64,000 bases of DNA. It comes from a bacterium (lineage in GTDB: Bacteria; UBA8248). Position 1 is the stretch's first letter, and each line of letters begins with the position of its first letter. The position numbers and the translations under genes were made by a program. Shown here piece by piece: positions 31,622 through 42,600 of the stretch. The stretch spans positions 1 to 64,000 of the forward strand of contig CBDBZY010000038.1 of assembly GCA_965213685.1 (NCBI GenBank), given 5' to 3'. The notes under the pieces were generated by a model. That model was not told the DNA's origin. It saw only the letters and a program-made list of their open reading frames with translations, and made no database searches.

Positions 31622-31718
31622 TACGCGATAGCAAATTCATGAAAAAGACCCGTCCGTTTCATAAAAAAGGCCCTCTTCTGTTGCGATTTTCGGCGGGGGG
31701 GGGGGTGGAGGGAGCAAT

Positions 31719-34700
31719 GTGAAGCTGGAGAGACGCTTTACCAGGGCAGGCGATGACGCCTATGGCGGCATCCATTTTCTGCCGCGCACCTCCCGCATCT
31801 CGAATCCGGACGGCTCGATCGTATTCGAAGCCAAGGACGTCTTGGCACCGGAGAGCTGGTCTCAGGTCGCCGTCGATATTCTGGCGCAAAAATACTTCCG
31901 CAAAGCCGGCGTCCCCGCCCACGCCCGAAAAGTGCCTGAGCAGGGCGTGCCCGAATGGCTCCAACGCTCCGAACCCGACGCGGAGAAACTCGAATCCCTG
32001 CCCGAGGAGGAGCGGTTCGGAAGCGAGCGGGACGCCCGGGACGTTTTCCATCGCATGGCGGGATGCTGGACGTACTGGGGCTGGAAACACGGCTACTTTC
32101 ATTCGGAAGACGACGCCAGAACGTTTTATGATGAACTCCTATACGTTCTCGCCAGCCAGATGGCCGCTCCCAACTCTCCCCAGTGGTTCAACACGGGACT
32201 GCATTGGGCCTACGGCATTACGCGCCCTGCGCAGGGCCACTTCTACAGCGACCCGGAAACGGGGAAAATCCTTCGCTCCGCCAACGCCTATGAACGCCCC
32301 CAGCCGCACGCTTGCTTCATCCAATCCGTCCAGGACGACCTCGTCAACGAGGGCGGGATCATGGATTTGTGGACGCGCGAGGCGCGCATTTTCAAGTATG
32401 GCTCGGGGACCGGCACGAATTTCTCCAGCCTGCGGGCGGCCGGAGAATCGCTCTCGGGAGGCGGGAAGAGTTCCGGCCTCATGAGTTTCCTCAAGATCGG
32501 CGACCGCGCGGCGGGGGCCATCAAGTCCGGGGGAACGACGCGGCGCGCCGCCAAGATGGTCACCCTCGACATGGACCATCCCGACATCGAGGAATTCATC
32601 AACTGGAAAGTGAACGAAGAGGGGAAGGTGGCCTCCCTGGTCTCGGGCAGCAGGATGTGCAACCGGCACATGAACGCCGTCCTCGCCGCTTTCCGGGAGG
32701 GGAAGAACCCCGGCGCCAACGGGAACCTCTACCAATCGGACAAAAACCCCGCTCTCACCAAGGCGATACGCGCCGCCAGGCTCGCGGGCGTGCCGGACAA
32801 TTATATTCTTCGGACCCTGCAACTCGCGCGGCAAGGCATTACGGAAATCGAATTCGAGGAGTTCGACACGAATTGGGAGGGCGAGGCCTACGCTTCGGCG
32901 TCCGGGCAGAACTCGAACAATTCTATTCGGGTTTCCGACAAATTCATGCAGGCCTTGGACAAAAATGCGGAATGGGACCTCATCAGGCGCACCGACCGGA
33001 AAGTCGCCGGCTCCGTCAGCGCCAAGGCGCTCTGGGAGCAGGTCGGGTATGCGGCGTGGTGCTGCGCAGACCCCGGCCTCCAGTTTGATACAACCATCAA
33101 CGACTGGCACACGTGCGCCGCCCACGAGCGCATCAACGGCTCCAATCCCTGCGCGGAGTACATGTTCCTGGACGATACCGCGTGCAATCTCGCATCCATG
33201 AATCTCATGAAGTTCCTCGACGTCGAAGCGAAACTCTTCCAGGTGGAAGACTACCGCCACGCCATTCGCCTGTTGACGATCGTCCTCGAAATTTCCGTGC
33301 TGATGGCGCAATTCCCCAGCGAGGCAATCGCCAAGCGCTCCTTTGAGTATCGCACCCTGGGGCTTGGATACGCGAATCTGGGCACCTTGCTGATGGTTCT
33401 CGGCATTCCGTATGATTCGCCGGAAGCGGAAGCGTGGTGCGGCGCCCTCACCTCCATCATGACGGGCCGCTCCTACGCCGCCAGTGCCGAGATGGCGGGA
33501 GAGCTGGGAGCGTTCGCAAGGTATCGCGATAACCGGGAGCCCATGCTGCGGGTTCTCCGAAACCACCGCCGGGCGGCTTACGCGGCGCCCGAGGCGGAAT
33601 ACGAGATGCTCTCCAAAGCCCCGAGAGGAATCTCCGAGAAAGTCTGCCCGCCCTACCTTCTGAACGCGGCGCGCGAGGCCTGGGATGACGCCCTGGACGT
33701 CGGCTACCGGAACGGCTACCGGAACGCGCAGACCACCGGCATCGCACCGACGGGCACCATCGGCCTGGTGATGGATTGCGACACGACGGGAATCGAGCCG
33801 GACTTCGCCCTGGTGAAATTCAAAAAACTGGCGGGCGGCGGTTATTTCAAGATCATCAACCAGTCCGTTCCCGTTGCCTTGCGCCATATGGGCTACGGCG
33901 AGGAGGAGATTCGCGAAATCGTCGCCTACTGCCGAGGGCGCGGCACCCTCACGAACGCGCCCCATATCAACCCGAAGTCCCTGCATCGCAAAGGATTTAC
34001 GGCCAGGGCGCTCGAGAAGGTGGAAGCCGCACTCGAGGGGGCGTTCGAGATTCAGTTCGCCTTCAACAAATACTCCCTTGGCGAGAAATTCTGTCGCGAG
34101 GAATTGGGGCTCGACGAGGCGCAACTCGCCGACTGGAACCTGAATTTGCTCGAAGCGATTGGCTTCACCCCCCGGCAAATCAGCGAGGCGAACGATTTCG
34201 TTTGCGGAAAAATGACGCTCGAGGGAGCGCCTCACCTCAAAGCAGGGCATCTGCCCGTTTTTGATTGCGCGAACAAGTGCGGCCGCGAGGGCAAGCGCTT
34301 CATACGTCCGATGGCCCATGTCCGGATGATGGCGGCGGCGCAGCCCTTCATCTCGGGTGCCATCAGCAAAACCATCAACATGCCGGCGGAAACCACCATC
34401 GCGGACATCCTCGACCTGTATCGTGAATCGTGGCGGCAGATGACGAAGGCCATCACCATCTACCGCGACGGCTCCAAACTCAGCCAGCCGCTTTCCGCAC
34501 AAGGCGAGGCGGAACTTTTCGATGAGATCGGCGAAGAAAACGTAGCTGCGCAAAACGCGCCGGTCAGAGTCGCCCAGAAGATCGTGCGCCGAATCATCTA
34601 CCAGTCCCAAAGGCGCAAGCTGCCTACGCGCCGCAGCGGATATACCCAGAAAGCCGTCGTCGGCGGCCACAAGGTGTATCTCAGAACCGGGGAATACGAA

Positions 34701-35324
34701 GACGGCTCCATCGGCGAAATTTTCATAGACATGCACAAAGAGGGCGCCGCCTTCCGCAGTCTGATGAATTGCTTCGCCATCGCCATTTCGCTGGGCCTCC
34801 AGCACGGCGTGCCCCTCGATGAGTTCGTGGACGCCTTCATCTTCACGCGCTTCGAGCCGGGCGGCACGGTCTCGGGCAACCCGCACATCAAGATGAGCAC
34901 GTCCATCATTGATTATATCTTCCGCGAGCTGGCCGTCTCCTATCTGGGGCGCAACGACCTGGCGCAGGTGGTGTCAGAGGACCTCCGGAGCGACACCATC
35001 GGGAGACCGGAGGAGGAGGTTCCGGAATTCGACGCCGAGGAGGAAGAGATTCAAACCATCATCCCGGGCCCGGAGGCGATCGTCCCGCGCAGCGACCGCG
35101 TGAGTCTGGATTATGAGAATGCCGCCAACCCGGAAGGCGCCATGGGGACTTCGGCGGCGCCTCTGGCAGGGGCGGGCTTCGCCGTGGATTCGCGGCGCAT
35201 CGAGGAGGCCCGCGCGAAGGGCTACGAAGGCGAGGCGTGCGGCGATTGCGGTTCGTTCACCCTGGTGAGAAACGGCACATGCCTGAAATGCGTGACCTGC
35301 GGTGCGACGAGCGGGTGTTCCTGA
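31719..35324 (+). CDS. nrdJ: Adenosylcobalamin-dependent (class II) ribonucleotide reductase
   Basis: [39 protein letters not shown]; TSCPD domain; C-terminal CGDC...[11 protein letters not shown]. Confidence 0.96.
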   Translation: MKLERRFTRAGDDAYGGIHFLPRTSRISNPDGSIVFEAKDVLAPESWSQVAVDILAQKYFRKAGVPAHARKVPEQGVPEWLQRSEPDAEKLESLPEEERFGSERDARDVFHRMAGCWTYWGWKHGYFHSEDDARTFYDELLYVLASQMAAPNSPQWFNTGLHWAYGITRPAQGHFYSDPETGKILRSANAYERPQPHACFIQSVQDDLVNEGGIMDLWTREARIFKYGSGTGTNFSSLRAAGESLSGGGKSSGLMSFLKIGDRAAGAIKSGGTTRRAAKMVTLDMDHPDIEEFINWKVNEEGKVASLVSGSRMCNRHMNAVLAAFREGKNPGANGNLYQSDKNPALTKAIRAARLAGVPDNYILRTLQLARQGITEIEFEEFDTNWEGEAYASASGQNSNNSIRVSDKFMQALDKNAEWDLIRRTDRKVAGSVSAKALWEQVGYAAWCCADPGLQFDTTINDWHTCAAHERINGSNPCAEYMFLDDTACNLASMNLMKFLDVEAKLFQVEDYRHAIRLLTIVLEISVLMAQFPSEAIAKRSFEYRTLGLGYANLGTLLMVLGIPYDSPEAEAWCGALTSIMTGRSYAASAEMAGELGAFARYRDNREPMLRVLRNHRRAAYAAPEAEYEMLSKAPRGISEKVCPPYLLNAAREAWDDALDVGYRNGYRNAQTTGIAPTGTIGLVMDCDTTGIEPDFALVKFKKLAGGGYFKIINQSVPVALRHMGYGEEEIREIVAYCRGRGTLTNAPHINPKSLHRKGFTARALEKVEAALEGAFEIQFAFNKYSLGEKFCREELGLDEAQLADWNLNLLEAIGFTPRQISEANDFVCGKMTLEGAPHLKAGHLPVFDCANKCGREGKRFIRPMAHVRMMAAAQPFISGAISKTINMPAETTIADILDLYRESWRQMTKAITIYRDGSKLSQPLSAQGEAELFDEIGEENVAAQNAPVRVAQKIVRRIIYQSQRRKLPTRRSGYTQKAVVGGHKVYLRTGEYEDGSIGEIFIDMHKEGAAFRSLMNCFAIAISLGLQHGVPLDEFVDAFIFTRFEPGGTVSGNPHIKMSTSIIDYIFRELAVSYLGRNDLAQVVSEDLRSDTIGRPEEEVPEFDAEEEEIQTIIPGPEAIVPRSDRVSLDYENAANPEGAMGTSAAPLAGAGFAVDSRRIEEARAKGYEGEACGDCGSFTLVRNGTCLKCVTCGATSGCS

Positions 35325-35346
35325 GGAATCCATAACGATTACCCGT

Positions 35347-35533
35347 CGCGGGGGAAACGGGCGGACTCTGCGACGGGACGAGAGCCGGGGAAGAATCCTC
35401 GGAGGGTGATTCCCCGGCTCTCACCAAAAACCGAACTTCCGATGTTCTTCTGCCGCGGGGGAAACGGGCGGACTCTGCGGCAGACCGAGAGCCGATGGGA
35501 TCTCCTAGGGGGAGTTTCCATCGGCTCTCACCA
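35347..35533 (+). repeat. Two ~80-bp units (period 107), each with a hairpin ending in ACCA
   Basis: CGCGGGGGAAACGGGCGGACTCTGCG-N7-GAGAGCCG...CGGCTCTC-ACCA at 35347 and 35454. Confidence 0.85.
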
Positions 35534-35541
35534 TTTTTGAC

Positions 35542-35570
35542 TTGACACCCGAGGCCCCTTCGCCTACCTT
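35542..35570 (+). promoter_or_regulatory. sigma70-type promoter of tRNA-Ala
   Basis: TTGACA-17-TACCTT ending 14 nt before the tRNA. Confidence 0.65.
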
Positions 35571-35584
35571 CAGGTTCCTTTTGT

Positions 35585-35660
35585 GGGGGTGTAGCTCAGA
35601 TGGGAGAGCGCGTGGATCGCACCCACGAGGTCAGGGGTTCGAATCCCCTCACCTCCACCA
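35585..35660 (+). tRNA. tRNA-Ala(CGC)
   Basis: Cloverleaf, anticodon loop ATCGCAC, G3:U70 pair, TTCGAAT, encoded CCA. Confidence 0.96.
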
Positions 35661-35706
35661 GTCCGGCCTGCTGAAAGACTCTCCGAGGGATTCACCCGAA
35701 CAAATT

Positions 35707-36567
35707 TCAAACGCGCAACATGGCGATAGCCGCCTCCCGGGTCCGCATCCCCTCTTGCACCCCGCGCTCCTCAGCCACCGCGTTCATGCACGAAATGACG
35801 CCATCCACCCAGGTGCTCTTCACATCGCCGATGCGCGCGCTCATGGCGCCAACCGCAGCTGCCGCGATTCCCTCTCGCGCCAGATGGGGAAACGAAGCGA
35901 TGCCGGAATCATCCTTCCCCCGGCCAGCGTCGTTCGCAATGACGCCCTTCAGACAGAGCTGCACGACAGGCCCCACGAGCGTCAGCCCGCAATGGGAGGC
36001 CTGTATGAAGACATCATCGGGCCTGGGTTCCTTGATGGAGCGCAAGACAGGAATTCCCCATGAAGCGCGGATATTGCCGCCAGGAGAATTTTCCAGTTCA
36101 TAAATGGAATCATCCAGACTCTCTTCGATAATTATTTTTTGGCCCGCCTTGGCATTGAGCAGGCAGTTCGAGGCCTCCGCTACCGGCTGGCCAATTTCGA
36201 CGCCCAGTGCGCGGGCCGTTTGATTCGCGTGACCGACTTTTCCCTCATAGACAGATTTTCCTACCGCGAGTTTCGCCGACATCGTCTCGCACGCCAGCGC
36301 AGGCACATGGTGCTCCTCGGCCAGGCAGAGACCGCTGATACCCGCATCATCCTTGCCAACTCCCGCAGCATGGGCGACCACCGCTTTCACGCCCAAGCGC
36401 ATCGCCCAGGCAATCGTCATTCGCGCAGCGTAGGAACCTCCAACGAGAACGTCATCCGCATCGACCCTCTCGTCAAAATACGTCATCGAATCCGCCGAGA
36501 GAATACGGCCGCGCGCATCTTCATGGTGAACAATTTGTTGCGGGATCGGCATCGAATTTTCTTCCAT
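35707..36567 (-). CDS. Conserved hypothetical protein with two internally repeated domains
   Basis: Both halves share A(H/N)xAGxGKDDxGI and end in N..A...GV..G....EA. Confidence 0.7.
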   Translation of the reverse strand: MEENSMPIPQQIVHHEDARGRILSADSMTYFDERVDADDVLVGGSYAARMTIAWAMRLGVKAVVAHAAGVGKDDAGISGLCLAEEHHVPALACETMSAKLAVGKSVYEGKVGHANQTARALGVEIGQPVAEASNCLLNAKAGQKIIIEESLDDSIYELENSPGGNIRASWGIPVLRSIKEPRPDDVFIQASHCGLTLVGPVVQLCLKGVIANDAGRGKDDSGIASFPHLAREGIAAAAVGAMSARIGDVKSTWVDGVISCMNAVAEERGVQEGMRTREAAIAMLRV

Positions 36568-36695
36568 GAGGCGAGATCGTGAACCGCGTCGCCGCCCGGC
36601 GGACAACGCAACCGGGCGGGGAGGTCACCCTGTCAGCGGGAGCACGCGGCCCCTTTTTCGGGTTTCGGGGAAACGCCCTGATGCGGCCGGACCGC

Positions 36696-36870
36696 CTACG
36701 CCATGTCCTTCGCCTGAAATTCGATGCGCCCCCCCGGGGGCTCCACCACCAGGTGAAGCGCCTCGGCCAGCCGCCCGGAAAGATGCCACATGCCGCAAAT
36801 GAACGTGAGCTCCACTATCTGGCGATCGGAGAAATGCTTCTTCATCTCCCCGAACGCGAACTCATCGCTT
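36696..36870 (-). repeat. 175-bp orphan duplicate of the 3' end of the AhpD-like gene
   Basis: Matches 38082-38256 with 2 mismatches; both copies end exactly at the TAG. Confidence 0.95.
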
Positions 36871-36878
36871 CCAGACGC

Positions 36879-38018
36879 TTATCGCGATACGTAGTGGATG
36901 TAATCCCTGAACATAATCTCCGTCCTCGGCCGCAGCGTCCGGAAAACGCGGCGCTCGAACGGGTGCCGAGAGAAAAAGCCCGGCAAAGAATCGGAATCGA
37001 ACGGACTCGAATCGTAGCTCACCAACGAGATGGCACCCCTCTCCTTGGAGAGCAGGCGCTCGACATGTTCCGCGTAGTTCGCGACAACGTTTACAGGCAT
37101 TTCCACGAAAGAATTTGCGTTGTGAAAAAGGTCGACCCTGCAGTCGAGGCACTCGATTTGCCAGGGCGGAATACAGAATATTTCCAACTCGCTATCGCGC
37201 GGGGGGGGGGGGGGGGGGGGGGCGAACCGCATCGCGCTTAATCCCCTCGTCTCCTTGTAAGTCTTTACGCTCGCCCCATAAAAACTTTTGAGATATTGGG
37301 TGCCAACATACAGGTTGGGCGGGATATCAAGATATATCACCTTTCGGATGCCGGGATAGTTTTCCAAAAGAATATGCACTTGGGCGCCGAAGCCGCCGCC
37401 GATTTCAAAAAAGCTGGTCTTGTCCGACAAATCGACGAGACCCGCCACGCGGTCCATCGTGTCGATCAACTGCAGGTAGTGGTTGGAAATCCTCCTCTCC
37501 CCAAAAGTGGTGAAATTCAGCTCCCCTCCCCTGCAGCTGTCGGCTGGGACCTTGTATTTCGAGAGCAACGTCCGAACCCTGTCCGAGTTTCTGAAAACCT
37601 CGGCGCGCAGCCGCACGCTCTGGTCAAAATACTTCTTCGTCAGCCGCACCTGCGTGTCGAACATTCTTTTGAGTGGCCAGACGCGATCCTGAAACTTCCG
37701 GGCAAGGGAATAGGCGCCGAAATTCCAAGTGGTTCGCGCATCGACGAACGCGGGCTCGCCGTAAGATGTGGCGATGCTGTTCGAGGCGCCCCGAAAATCG
37801 GCCAGGCCGAACTGGCGGATAGCACTCATCGCCGACTTCGTTTTGCGAAGCCAGTAGGGCCCGGGGCGATAGATGGCCGGAGCGCGCTTCGCGTCCTTCA
37901 TCAGCAAATCCAGAAGCTCGACGTCATCGGCGATTCGTCCGGAGCCGGCGGCGGCGCTTCCGCTCTCTTCTCCAGCGTCCACAGGGGCGGTAGCCCCATT
38001 CCCTGAGTCCGGGTTCAA
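36879..38018 (-). CDS. Putative sugar O-methyltransferase with an in-frame C22 tract
   Basis: FEIGGGFG SAM motif, YLDIPPNLY, NANSFVEM; G22 at 37201-37222 gives a Pro7 run. Confidence 0.72.
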   Translation of the reverse strand: MNPDSGNGATAPVDAGEESGSAAAGSGRIADDVELLDLLMKDAKRAPAIYRPGPYWLRKTKSAMSAIRQFGLADFRGASNSIATSYGEPAFVDARTTWNFGAYSLARKFQDRVWPLKRMFDTQVRLTKKYFDQSVRLRAEVFRNSDRVRTLLSKYKVPADSCRGGELNFTTFGERRISNHYLQLIDTMDRVAGLVDLSDKTSFFEIGGGFGAQVHILLENYPGIRKVIYLDIPPNLYVGTQYLKSFYGASVKTYKETRGLSAMRFAPPPPPPPRDSELEIFCIPPWQIECLDCRVDLFHNANSFVEMPVNVVANYAEHVERLLSKERGAISLVSYDSSPFDSDSLPGFFSRHPFERRVFRTLRPRTEIMFRDYIHYVSR

Positions 38019-38081
38019 GTCATTACCTCCATGGTCCTTTATTTTTCAAACGATAAAGCTGCATCCGGTGGCGTGGATTAT

Positions 38082-38748
38082 CTACGCCATGTCCTTCGCC
38101 TGAAATTCGATGCGCCCCCCCGGGGGCTCCACCACCAGGTGAAGCGCCTCGGCCAGCCGCCCGGAAAGATGCCACATGCCGCAAATGAACGTGAGCTCCA
38201 CTATCTGGCGATCGGAGAAATACTTCTTCATCTCCCCGAATGCGAACTCATCGCTTTTGGCCGTGAACTTCGACACCCGCATCCGCCCACCGGATGACCG
38301 CTTTTTCCTTGTCATCGAACAAGGCGCTGTCCTTCCACCCATCGCCTTCCAGCAGATTGATCTGCTCCTGGCTGATACCGAGAGCCCGACCGAGCTCGAC
38401 GTTGTGCCCGATTCAGTTGTTGCACTCCGTCAGGATGGCCGTCTTGACGATGACGAGCTCCATGAGCCGGATGTAGCCGGCTTCCGTCTTCAGCCGATTC
38501 GTGCGGAGCTTCTGATCCAGCAGCATCCACCCCTCCACGGTGGGGGGCGAGTTTCCCAGCAGCTGCAAAAAGCGCGGGACGGTGCCCCACATCCGCACCG
38601 CCCAGTCATAAAGCGGAGCGAGTTCGTCCCGCAGGTCGGCGGGAATGTTTTCCGGATCGACGAAAGGCAGCCTCGGCAACGGACACGCCATCATCTCGTC
38701 GGTCACGCCCAGGCTGTCCGGCAGGCTCGTCGCTTTGTCCACAGGCAT
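38082..38748 (-). CDS. AhpD/carboxymuconolactone decarboxylase-family selenoprotein with CxxU (one apparent +1 indel near 38277)
   Basis: ELVIVKTAILTEC-N-N-U-IGHNVELGRALG...FDDKEKAVIRWAD / FSDRQIVELTF; TGA at 38413-38415. Confidence 0.8.
38382..38397 (-). promoter_or_regulatory. Candidate bacterial SECIS hairpin
   Basis: GAGCTC-GGTC-GGGCTC starting 15 nt after the UGA. Confidence 0.55.
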
Positions 38749-38781
38749 CGGGTTCTCCTTCCGAAAAGGGTGGATGTGGTT

Positions 38782-41037
38782 TTACGCCTCGCCCGCCGCC
38801 AGGGCCTCGCGGATGTGGTGCGGGCCGACGGGCAGCGAGAAAACGGGGACTCCGACAGCGTCCTGTATCGCGTTCACGATGGCCGCTGCGGTCGCCACGA
38901 TGGGCGGCTCCCCCACGCCCCGCATTCCGTAGGGCGTGCCTTCCGCCGGATTGTCATACAAAACGGCGTGCAGCTCCGGCATGTCCATGCTGGTGGGTAT
39001 GAGGTATTCATGGAAGGTGTCGCCATGCAGATTGCCGTCCGGCCGCCGGGGCTGCTCCTCCATGAGAGCCATGCCGAGGCCCTGGAGCATGGCGCCCTCG
39101 ATCTGTCCCACCACGGACAACGGGTTGATGGCGAACCCCACGTCCTGCACGCACGTCAGGCGCAAGACCCTGATCTCCCCGAGTTCGGGATTGACGGCCA
39201 CGTCCGCCACCTGCCCGGTATGTATCGGGCAGGGAGGCGGCTTCGCGCTCTCGCCCTGTCCAATCAAGAATCCCTGGATGGCGGGCGCAGCAGCAGCCAC
39301 CTCCGCAAGCGTCAGGGAGCGTTCGGGCGCCCCGGCCACCTTGACCCGTCCGTCTTCGAGAACCAGATCCTCCGCCGCCGCTTCGAGCCGGACGCTCGCC
39401 ACATGCAGTATCTTGTTTCGCAAATCACGCGCCGCGCTCAAGGCGGCCATTCCCACGGCGCGCGTCGCCTTGCTGCCCGACGCCGCGGAGGATTCCGGCA
39501 CGGAATCCGTGTCCCCGTTCGTGTAGCGCACATCGTCCAGCCCCACGCCCAGCTCCTCGGCGGCCAGCTGGCATATGGAAGTGCTCATGCCCGTGAGGTT
39601 GACCGTTCCCGCTATCACCTGCGCGGTGCCGTCCTGGTTGAGGCGCACCGCGCAGCTGGACGCCTCCCCCGGCCCTGGCCAGTATCCGCAGGCGATGCCC
39701 CGGCCCAGCCTCCAGCCCTCTCCTTCCAGCTCGCCATTCGCCTCCACCCGCTGCCCCCACTTCCCCTCCACGGCCGCCGCGTCGAGAACGCCGCGCATGG
39801 ACGGCTTCCGCTCCTTGCCGGCCAGCGTCTCATCCCCGGGTTGGAGGGAATTGATTCGCCTGAGCTCGAGGGGATCCATCCCCATCTCGCGCGCGATGAT
39901 GTCCATCTGCACCTCGGTGGCGAAATGATACTGGGGGCCGCTCGGAGCGCGCACGGGACCGCAAATCGGCCCGTTGCTATACACCGTGCACGCGCGAATC
40001 CGGACGTTGGGAATGCGATAGGAGGACGAGCCCATCAGCATCTTGCTGCTGCACTGGAACGGGGCGCCCCGGCCATACGCCCCATGATCCATGGTGACGT
40101 CGAGTTCGCGCGCCACCAGCGCGCCGTCATTCTTCACGGCCGTCCGTATGGTGATGAAATGGGGATGTCTCGGATTCACCCCGTTGTGGTCTTCCTCGCG
40201 GGTCATCTCCATGTGCACGGCCTGGTCCGTCTTCAAGGCCAAAAGGGCGGCGATGTGCTCATACGTGCTCTTGAGCTTCGCGCCAAACCCCCCTCCGATC
40301 TCCGTGGGTATCACGCGAACCTGCGTGGCCGGATAGCCCAGGGCCTCGGCCACGTCCGCCCGGATGCTCCACGCATCCTGCGTGGTCGTCCAGATGGTGA
40401 CTTTCCCGTCGGCGCCGGCCTCCGCTGTGCAGGCGTGGGGCTCGATATAGCCCGCATGCACGAAGGGGGTGGAAAACGTATGCTCAAAAACCCGGTCCGC
40501 CTCCCTGTAGCCGGCCTCGACGTTTCCGATCTCTTTCTCGAACCGGGCGATGACGTTCTTCTCCCCGTTCGGGCCCAGCCCCAGCTCCCGCCAATCCGCG
40601 TGAACGGCCAGTCCCTTTCCGGCGCGGCTGTCCAGGCCGTTCACCACCGGCTCCAACACCTCGTAGTCCACCCGAATCGATGCGATGGCCTCTCGGGCGG
40701 CGTCCATATCCTCGGCGGCCACGGCGGCGACGGGTTCTCCCCCGTATCGGACAAAGCCGTCTTGCGCGAACCAGCTCTGGTCCTTGATGTTGGCTCCAAA
40801 CCGGATGCGGGGGGCCTCCTCCCGCGTCAATACGGCGCGGACGCCGGGAATCCTGCGCGCAGCCGCCGCATCCACGCTCTTCACCTTCGCATACGGGTGC
40901 GGGCTGCCCAGCACGAGGCCGACCAGCGAACGGCCCGAGGGGACGTCCGCCGCATATTTCGCGCTTCCAGACGCCTTGTCCGGGGCGTCGATTCGGGCGT
41001 GGCCCAAGCCTGCTACCTTATAATCGGTCATTTCCAC
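38782..41037 (-). CDS. Xanthine dehydrogenase-family molybdopterin-binding subunit
   Basis: GSAKYAAD, IGGGFGAK, GQIEG, GVGEPP. Confidence 0.92.
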   Translation of the reverse strand: MEMTDYKVAGLGHARIDAPDKASGSAKYAADVPSGRSLVGLVLGSPHPYAKVKSVDAAAARRIPGVRAVLTREEAPRIRFGANIKDQSWFAQDGFVRYGGEPVAAVAAEDMDAAREAIASIRVDYEVLEPVVNGLDSRAGKGLAVHADWRELGLGPNGEKNVIARFEKEIGNVEAGYREADRVFEHTFSTPFVHAGYIEPHACTAEAGADGKVTIWTTTQDAWSIRADVAEALGYPATQVRVIPTEIGGGFGAKLKSTYEHIAALLALKTDQAVHMEMTREEDHNGVNPRHPHFITIRTAVKNDGALVARELDVTMDHGAYGRGAPFQCSSKMLMGSSSYRIPNVRIRACTVYSNGPICGPVRAPSGPQYHFATEVQMDIIAREMGMDPLELRRINSLQPGDETLAGKERKPSMRGVLDAAAVEGKWGQRVEANGELEGEGWRLGRGIACGYWPGPGEASSCAVRLNQDGTAQVIAGTVNLTGMSTSICQLAAEELGVGLDDVRYTNGDTDSVPESSAASGSKATRAVGMAALSAARDLRNKILHVASVRLEAAAEDLVLEDGRVKVAGAPERSLTLAEVAAAAPAIQGFLIGQGESAKPPPCPIHTGQVADVAVNPELGEIRVLRLTCVQDVGFAINPLSVVGQIEGAMLQGLGMALMEEQPRRPDGNLHGDTFHEYLIPTSMDMPELHAVLYDNPAEGTPYGMRGVGEPPIVATAAAIVNAIQDAVGVPVFSLPVGPHHIREALAAGEA

Positions 41038-41140
41038 CTCACAGAGAAATATGGCGAAACAGCCTCATCTTCCGCGTCCTCCGGCATGATCGCGCGTCCC
41101 CTCCACCGCCCGGCGCGTCCGAACGGCGTCTCCCGCGTGC

Positions 41141-41527
41141 CTATTCGGGAACGTCCGGCGGCCTCGCGCCGTGCGTGGCGCGAATTTTCGTCTTGATGTT
41201 TCCGCGCACATGGAAATCCCCTTCGATCCACACCCATTTCGGCGCACAGGCCTCCACGAAATCATCCAGGATGCCGCCCACCACCTGTTCATGAAAAATT
41301 TCCCGATCCCTGTAGCGGTTGACGTAGAGCTTCAGGGATTTCAACTCCACGATTTTATCCCCGGGGACATACCGGATGCGGATGGTGGCGAAATCGGGGA
41401 AATTGCTGATCGGGCAAAGGCAGGTAAACTCGGGGATGGTGAAATCGACCACATAATCCCGTTGTCTGGCGGGGTTGGGAACCGCCTCCAGCTTCGCCTC
41501 CGCGATCATCTTCGCCCCGTATTTCAT
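41141..41527 (-). CDS. queF: NADPH-dependent preQ0 (7-cyano-7-deazaguanine) reductase
   Basis: PEFTCLCP...[19 protein letters not shown]. Confidence 0.92.
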   Translation of the reverse strand: MKYGAKMIAEAKLEAVPNPARQRDYVVDFTIPEFTCLCPISNFPDFATIRIRYVPGDKIVELKSLKLYVNRYRDREIFHEQVVGGILDDFVEACAPKWVWIEGDFHVRGNIKTKIRATHGARPPDVPE

Positions 41528-41547
41528 CTCGCTTCGAGCCATTCTCC

Positions 41548-42600
41548 CTACGCTCCGGGGGTCAGGTTCACCAGCAGCGCCCCGTCCTTTCGGGCCACAA
41601 ACGTATCGTGCGCCTCCTGATATTCCCTGAGCGGAAACCGATGGGTGATGTAGGGGTCCACCTGGATTCTGCCGGCGCGAATGAGCGCCAGCACCTCGTC
41701 TCCGCAGTTGGGGTTCGCGCGAACGCCAAAAATATCCATCTCCTCCAGCACGACGCGCCTCCACGCCAAATCCGGAATGTTGTCCGGAATGCCGGTGATG
41801 GCGACGCGCGCCCCCTTGCCGCCACAATCCACGCTCCACCGGAAGCTGTCCGTGGTTCCCGCCGTCTCCAGCACCACGTTGGCTTTTCTTCCCCCCGTCA
41901 GCGCGTCTATCCGCTCCGGCACTCCGCCATCGCGGTAGCTGAGGGTCTCCGCCCCCTGTTCTCCCAAAATCTCGAGCCTCCTGCCGCCGCCCACGACGAT
42001 CACGCGCCCCGCTCCCATCGCCCTGGCGGATTCATAGGCGAAAACGCCGATGGGCCCCGAGCCCAGTATGACGACCGTATCGCCAGGGTGAACGCCGGCG
42101 CGCTTCGCCGTCCACAGGCCACAAGCGGCCGGGTCCACCGCCGAGCCGTGCTCGAAAGACATGCCTTCGGGCATCTTGTGCAGCGCGCGTATGTTGTTGG
42201 TCACATACTCCGCGTACGATCCTTGCGTGATGTGCCCGTACTGCCTGTGGCCGGTGACCGGGTTTCCGTAATTGTAGCAGAGATTGTAGCGGCCGATGAG
42301 GCACATGCGGCAGGCACCACACCCCGCGTGACTCGTCCCCGCCACGGCGTCGCCCATCTCCAGGCCGAACCCTTCCGTCATCGGGCCCATGGCGACGATT
42401 CTGCCGGCCCACTCATGCCCGAGGATGGCCGGAAGTTTCGGCGGCCAGCGGGGAAGGTGTCCTCCCTTGATGATTTCGATGTCCGTACCGCAAATCGTGG
42501 TGCATTCTACTTTTACGAGCACCTCTCCCACATCGGGCACCGGCACGGGAACAGTCTGTATCTCCACCTCCTCGGGGGCGGTCATCACAACCGCCTCCAT
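41548..42600 (-). CDS. Zinc-binding alcohol dehydrogenase (MDR family)
   Basis: [18 protein letters not shown]...NLC, GSGPIG. Confidence 0.92.
   Translation of the reverse strand: MEAVVMTAPEEVEIQTVPVPVPDVGEVLVKVECTTICGTDIEIIKGGHLPRWPPKLPAILGHEWAGRIVAMGPMTEGFGLEMGDAVAGTSHAGCGACRMCLIGRYNLCYNYGNPVTGHRQYGHITQGSYAEYVTNNIRALHKMPEGMSFEHGSAVDPAACGLWTAKRAGVHPGDTVVILGSGPIGVFAYESARAMGAGRVIVVGGGRRLEILGEQGAETLSYRDGGVPERIDALTGGRKANVVLETAGTTDSFRWSVDCGGKGARVAITGIPDNIPDLAWRRVVLEEMDIFGVRANPNCGDEVLALIRAGRIQVDPYITHRFPLREYQEAHDTFVARKDGALLVNLTPGA

Noticed and set aside
32139-41196. Long antisense ORFs (915 aa, 1006 aa) and similar ORFs elsewhere
   Set aside because: Shadow frames of real high-GC genes with no protein motifs.
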